Below, piece after piece: positions 60,498 to 64,000 of a stretch of 64,000 nucleotides of DNA. The notes beneath the pieces were generated by a model. It was not told where the DNA came from, made no database searches, and saw only the letters and a list, made by a program, of their open reading frames with translations. This stretch comes from Verrucomicrobiota bacterium (GTDB taxonomy: Bacteria; Verrucomicrobiota; Verrucomicrobiia; Limisphaerales; AAA164-E04): positions 5,248,001-5,312,000 of the forward strand of contig CP170459.1 of the NCBI GenBank assembly GCA_047947115.1, read 5' to 3'. The translations under genes were made by a program, and so were the position numbers. The first letter of the stretch is position 1; the number at the start of each line of letters is the position of its first letter.

Positions 60498-61274
60498 ATG
60501 ACGCCTGCCACCAAATCCTATTATACGCTGGAAAGCCTTCAAAACCTGACCAGCAGGGCCGCCCTACCCTGGACCATTTGTGTGGTGTTTTACGGAAACC
60601 ATCCCTCACTTTGCCGCCGGTTTCTGGAAGCGCTCTACAGATGCACTGATCCCAAAACATTTCAGCTTCGAGCGGGCATGAACGCGGTCTGCCAGGAAAC
60701 ACGGGAACTGGTACGCGAGGCATCCGAGAAAAACGGAAACATCCTGTTCATCGATTCTGAAAAGAATCTTTATAAGAACCCGATGATGCGTCGGCTGTTC
60801 TATGAGACACCGCTGGAGACGGAATGGACCATCTGGTTTGATGATGACTCCTATGTCACCGGTCCACAGTGGATGCTCGATTTGGCTCTGGCCATGGAAC
60901 GTGAATCAAGCACGGACCTTTTCGGTCACCTCATGCATGTGGAGGTGGACGCACAGTTGGAATCGTTCATTACGACTTCCAAGTGGTATCGAGGCGTCGC
61001 GAGAAGGCAGCATGAGGAGCACGGACGACCGATCATCCGATTTCCGGTGGGAGGTTTTTGGGCGGCTCGCACGATGCGACTCCAGGAAATCAATTGGCCA
61101 GATCCCCGACTGACCCTTTATCATGAGGATTTCATCATGGGCGAGGCCATGCGCCAGAATGGCATCGAACCTTTCCCGTTTGATTCAGGCGTCAGGATCA
61201 GTGACGCGCCACATCGAGCGCCTTCGGACATCCCCAAGGAACTGCCTTTTAAAGCGCCTCACCAGGACGTGTGA
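60498..61274 (+). CDS. GT-A fold glycosyltransferase-like protein
   Basis: TICVVFYG, WTIWFDDDSY (DxD), GGFWA, EDFIMGE. Confidence 0.6.
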   Translation: MTPATKSYYTLESLQNLTSRAALPWTICVVFYGNHPSLCRRFLEALYRCTDPKTFQLRAGMNAVCQETRELVREASEKNGNILFIDSEKNLYKNPMMRRLFYETPLETEWTIWFDDDSYVTGPQWMLDLALAMERESSTDLFGHLMHVEVDAQLESFITTSKWYRGVARRQHEEHGRPIIRFPVGGFWAARTMRLQEINWPDPRLTLYHEDFIMGEAMRQNGIEPFPFDSGVRISDAPHRAPSDIPKELPFKAPHQDV

Positions 61275-61280
61275 GGTCAC

Positions 61281-62582
61281 TTAAACGTCATGCAACAACT
61301 CCGCCAGGACCCTGCCATCGCTCAATGCGAGAGGACGTCCAATGGGAGTGATGATTTCTTTTTCAGGATCCAGCCCCAGCAGATGCTGCACGGTGGCATG
61401 CAGATCGGCCACCCGGACGGGATGGTCCGGTTCCTTGCTGTCCCCGGCCGGATCGGTAGCTCCAATCACCCGTCCTTTGGCGAATCCCCCACCCGCCACC
61501 AGAAATGAAAATCCATGAGGCCAATGATCCCTTCCTTCCAGTGGATTGATCCTGGGGGTACGACCAAATTCACCTCCGCATAAAACAACGGTTCGGCGCA
61601 GCAGATCACGATCTTTCAAATCGCGGATCAAAGCGGAGAGAGCCGGGGCCAGTGTGGCAATCCGTTTGGCCTGTGTTTCCCTGTTGTTCACATGACTGTC
61701 CCAGCCGTCCAAGGTCACCTCCACGCAACGGACACCCGTCTCAATCAAACGTCTCGCAGCAAGACAACCACGCCCGAAAGCCGTGTCACCATAAGCAGCT
61801 CGCTCGGCTTGGGCGGCCAATTGAATATCGAATGCCTTGACCTGATCGGATCTCATCATGCGCAAAGCTTCATTGATCGTTGCCCGTTGGCGTGTTTGAA
61901 GCACGTCCAACTCGGGATCTCTGCCAGCCAAAAAAGCGCGCTCCACGACATCAAGACTTTCCAGACGTTGCTGCATCCGTTCCTCATCCACCCGCTGGGT
62001 GACGTCGGGAATAGGGTCAGCCGGATCACCCATCTGAAAAGCATCAAACCTTGCTCCGAGATAACCCCCTCGCGCAGGCCATTGATTCGGCAGAATCGAA
62101 ATGTGGTTTGGAATCTCGACTGCGCCTTTGGGCAGTTCGTGACAAATAATCGCGCCAAGGGAAGGATGCACCACCGTGGGATCAGGACGATACCCGGACT
62201 TGATATGATAAACACCTCGTTCGTGATCCCCCTCCAGACTGATCATTGAACGAATGACGGAAACCTGATCCATGAGATCAGCCAATGGCTCCAACCCGCC
62301 TGCCAACTGATAATCAGGAATGGAAGTGTTGACGACCTTCACCCCGGGAGCCAGATCGGAGTGAGGATGTGGATCAAAGGTTTCCAACTGACTGGGCCCA
62401 CCCGCCAACCACAGCAATATCACCGCCTTCCCTTCGGAATGGTTCAGATCGTTTTCAGCGGAAAATGCCAGTGATTGAGATATGGGCGACAACCAGGTCA
62501 TACCCGCTGCGGCGCTTGCTTTGAGAAAACCTCGACGACTCGTCGAGCAACCGGCACATTGATGTAGATTCAAGGGCTTCAT
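61281..62582 (-). CDS. DUF1501 domain protein
   Basis: SRRGFL Tat motif, LWLAGGPSQLETFDP, GWDSH, GEFGRTP, GRDHW. Confidence 0.9.
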   Translation of the reverse strand: MKPLNLHQCAGCSTSRRGFLKASAAAGMTWLSPISQSLAFSAENDLNHSEGKAVILLWLAGGPSQLETFDPHPHSDLAPGVKVVNTSIPDYQLAGGLEPLADLMDQVSVIRSMISLEGDHERGVYHIKSGYRPDPTVVHPSLGAIICHELPKGAVEIPNHISILPNQWPARGGYLGARFDAFQMGDPADPIPDVTQRVDEERMQQRLESLDVVERAFLAGRDPELDVLQTRQRATINEALRMMRSDQVKAFDIQLAAQAERAAYGDTAFGRGCLAARRLIETGVRCVEVTLDGWDSHVNNRETQAKRIATLAPALSALIRDLKDRDLLRRTVVLCGGEFGRTPRINPLEGRDHWPHGFSFLVAGGGFAKGRVIGATDPAGDSKEPDHPVRVADLHATVQHLLGLDPEKEIITPIGRPLALSDGRVLAELLHDV

Positions 62583-62585
62583 GTG

Positions 62586-64000
62586 TCAGTGGTTCCATGC
62601 AAACTCCGTCGAGTTCAAGAGGGCCCAATACAGATCCTGCATGGCATTGGCCCGGGCATCTTTATGTGTCCCGGACAATCGCTTCTTAAAATAATTCAAT
62701 TCATCCGTCGTGGGGCGACGTGTCAAAACGGTCAGGTAGGCAGTTTCAATCGCCGTGGCATCATCAGTCGCCAGAAAACCGATACGAGTCGCGGCATTCA
62801 GGATGGGATTCTTCTCTGTGCGCTCGTGAACCAACTTGCCGTTCATCAATGTCAATCGCTGGGGAATCGTTCCACTCCTGGCTTCAAATTCCGCTTCCCC
62901 AGCATCTCCGTATCGCTGGATGAATTCACCCTGCTGCAACACTCTGATGATACGCGATAGGATGTGAGAATCCACACCCACCGTTTCCAGAGAAGCTGAT
63001 TGAATAATACTCCCCGCCACTTGTTCGGGACGCAATCGGGTGAGCGGAAACAACTCCTTCCCATCAGTCTCCCCTCCACTGCTGGTTCTACGAAATGCTT
63101 CCGTTGAAGCAATCGTTCGTATCAAGTGTTGTAGATCAAACCCATGGTCAATCATAGTACGGGCCAGTTGATCCATGAGCACTGGAACAGGTTCGTCAAT
63201 GGGAATGGAATCCACCTGTTCCAGCAAGGGACGATTGAACATGATCGCCCACACCCGATTCACCAGTGTCCGAGCAAAGGAAAGATTTTCCGGATGGGTC
63301 ACCCATTTTGCCAGTCGTTCGCGCGGCGTGCCTTCTTGAGGAAGCAATTCGGGAAGGAACGGCACGGTCGCCGGAACGACTTCGGTTTCGGGCTTTCGTT
63401 TGTATCGGTACTCGTATGGTTTTTCCGATTCCACCAACCCGGTCAACGACATTTCAGCCCCGGCGAAAAAGGAAGCCAACTGATGAAAATCCTGCTGTTT
63501 CCAACGATTCCCGAACATGTCGTCATGACATTGAACACAATCGATCCTGACCCCCAGAAAGGCACGTGAAACCCGCGCCGCCAGTTTTACTTCATCCGGA
63601 CCTTCTTTATCGTTGTTCGGATCAATGGTCGCGGTCAGGAAATTGACCTCGGGATGGGAAGTCCAGACGCCTTGAGCGGTGATCAGTTCCCTGACGATCC
63701 GGTCGTAGGGTTGATTGGATTGTATGGATTCACTCAAATCATCCACCAAACGTCGACGGCGATAAACCAGAAAAGGCCCGTTTTCAACGCCCACAAAGGC
63801 CCTGGCAAAACGTTCAGCCATGTAATCCCCATAACGTGGATCTTCAAAAATCAACTGCAAGGTATTGTTCAGTCGAGTCTCATGGGGCCAGGATTCGAAT
63901 GTCCTGATCCATTCAAGCGATGGAATGGTCCCAGTAAGCCCGAGGCATAAACGCCTGAACAATGTCAAATCGGACGCCAGGTTCTCCTCTTCAGGCTGAA
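62586..64000 (-). CDS. DUF1549/DUF1553 domain protein (5' end outside window)
   Basis: FRRL.L.LTG.IP, FLGVRIDCVQCHD, VNRVW, DLYWALLNSTEF; frame stays open to the window edge. Confidence 0.88.
   Translation of the reverse strand, partial: QPEEENLASDLTLFRRLCLGLTGTIPSLEWIRTFESWPHETRLNNTLQLIFEDPRYGDYMAERFARAFVGVENGPFLVYRRRRLVDDLSESIQSNQPYDRIVRELITAQGVWTSHPEVNFLTATIDPNNDKEGPDEVKLAARVSRAFLGVRIDCVQCHDDMFGNRWKQQDFHQLASFFAGAEMSLTGLVESEKPYEYRYKRKPETEVVPATVPFLPELLPQEGTPRERLAKWVTHPENLSFARTLVNRVWAIMFNRPLLEQVDSIPIDEPVPVLMDQLARTMIDHGFDLQHLIRTIASTEAFRRTSSGGETDGKELFPLTRLRPEQVAGSIIQSASLETVGVDSHILSRIIRVLQQGEFIQRYGDAGEAEFEARSGTIPQRLTLMNGKLVHERTEKNPILNAATRIGFLATDDATAIETAYLTVLTRRPTTDELNYFKKRLSGTHKDARANAMQDLYWALLNSTEFAWNH

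Noticed and set aside
583..63950. Numerous long antisense or alternate-frame ORFs (e.g. 583-1455, 9549-10463, 23490-24275, 38955-39713)
   Set aside because: Shadows of well-supported genes, expected from codon bias; no motifs of their own.

Overview
Chromosomal window from a PVC-superphylum bacterium, most likely Verrucomicrobiota. This is inferred from DUF1501, DUF1549/DUF1553, DUF1080, DUF5069, a PVC-type heme-binding dehydrogenase and a prepilin/H-X9-DG protein. About 50 CDSs are present. Housekeeping genes include apgM, recF, infA, family-4 UDG, transketolase and a Lon-like protease. The rest are mostly secreted or periplasmic enzymes: a sulfatase, beta-propeller dehydrogenases, c-type cytochromes, CRTAC1/FG-GAP proteins and zinc peptidases. 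No rRNA, tRNA, CRISPR, transposase, integrase or phage gene was seen. All product calls come from motif recognition by eye, not database searches. The best leads are: (i) an AT-rich orphan two-gene cassette (42310-43499) whose secreted protein carries an exact C-x14-C-x14-C-x14-C ladder, next to a 5'-truncated HEAT-repeat gene remnant; (ii) a ROK / mannonate-oxidoreductase-like SDR / LarA-family cluster suggesting a nickel-pincer epimerase route for hexuronates; (iii) several GTAG-type REP/REPIN families, one showing compensatory base changes and a nested palindrome; (iv) a divergent heparinase-like lyase candidate; (v) a membrane pseudokinase-PEGA gene coupled to yihY; (vi) a CRTAC1-like gene broken by a single in-frame TGA. 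None of these can be shown to be novel from sequence alone.
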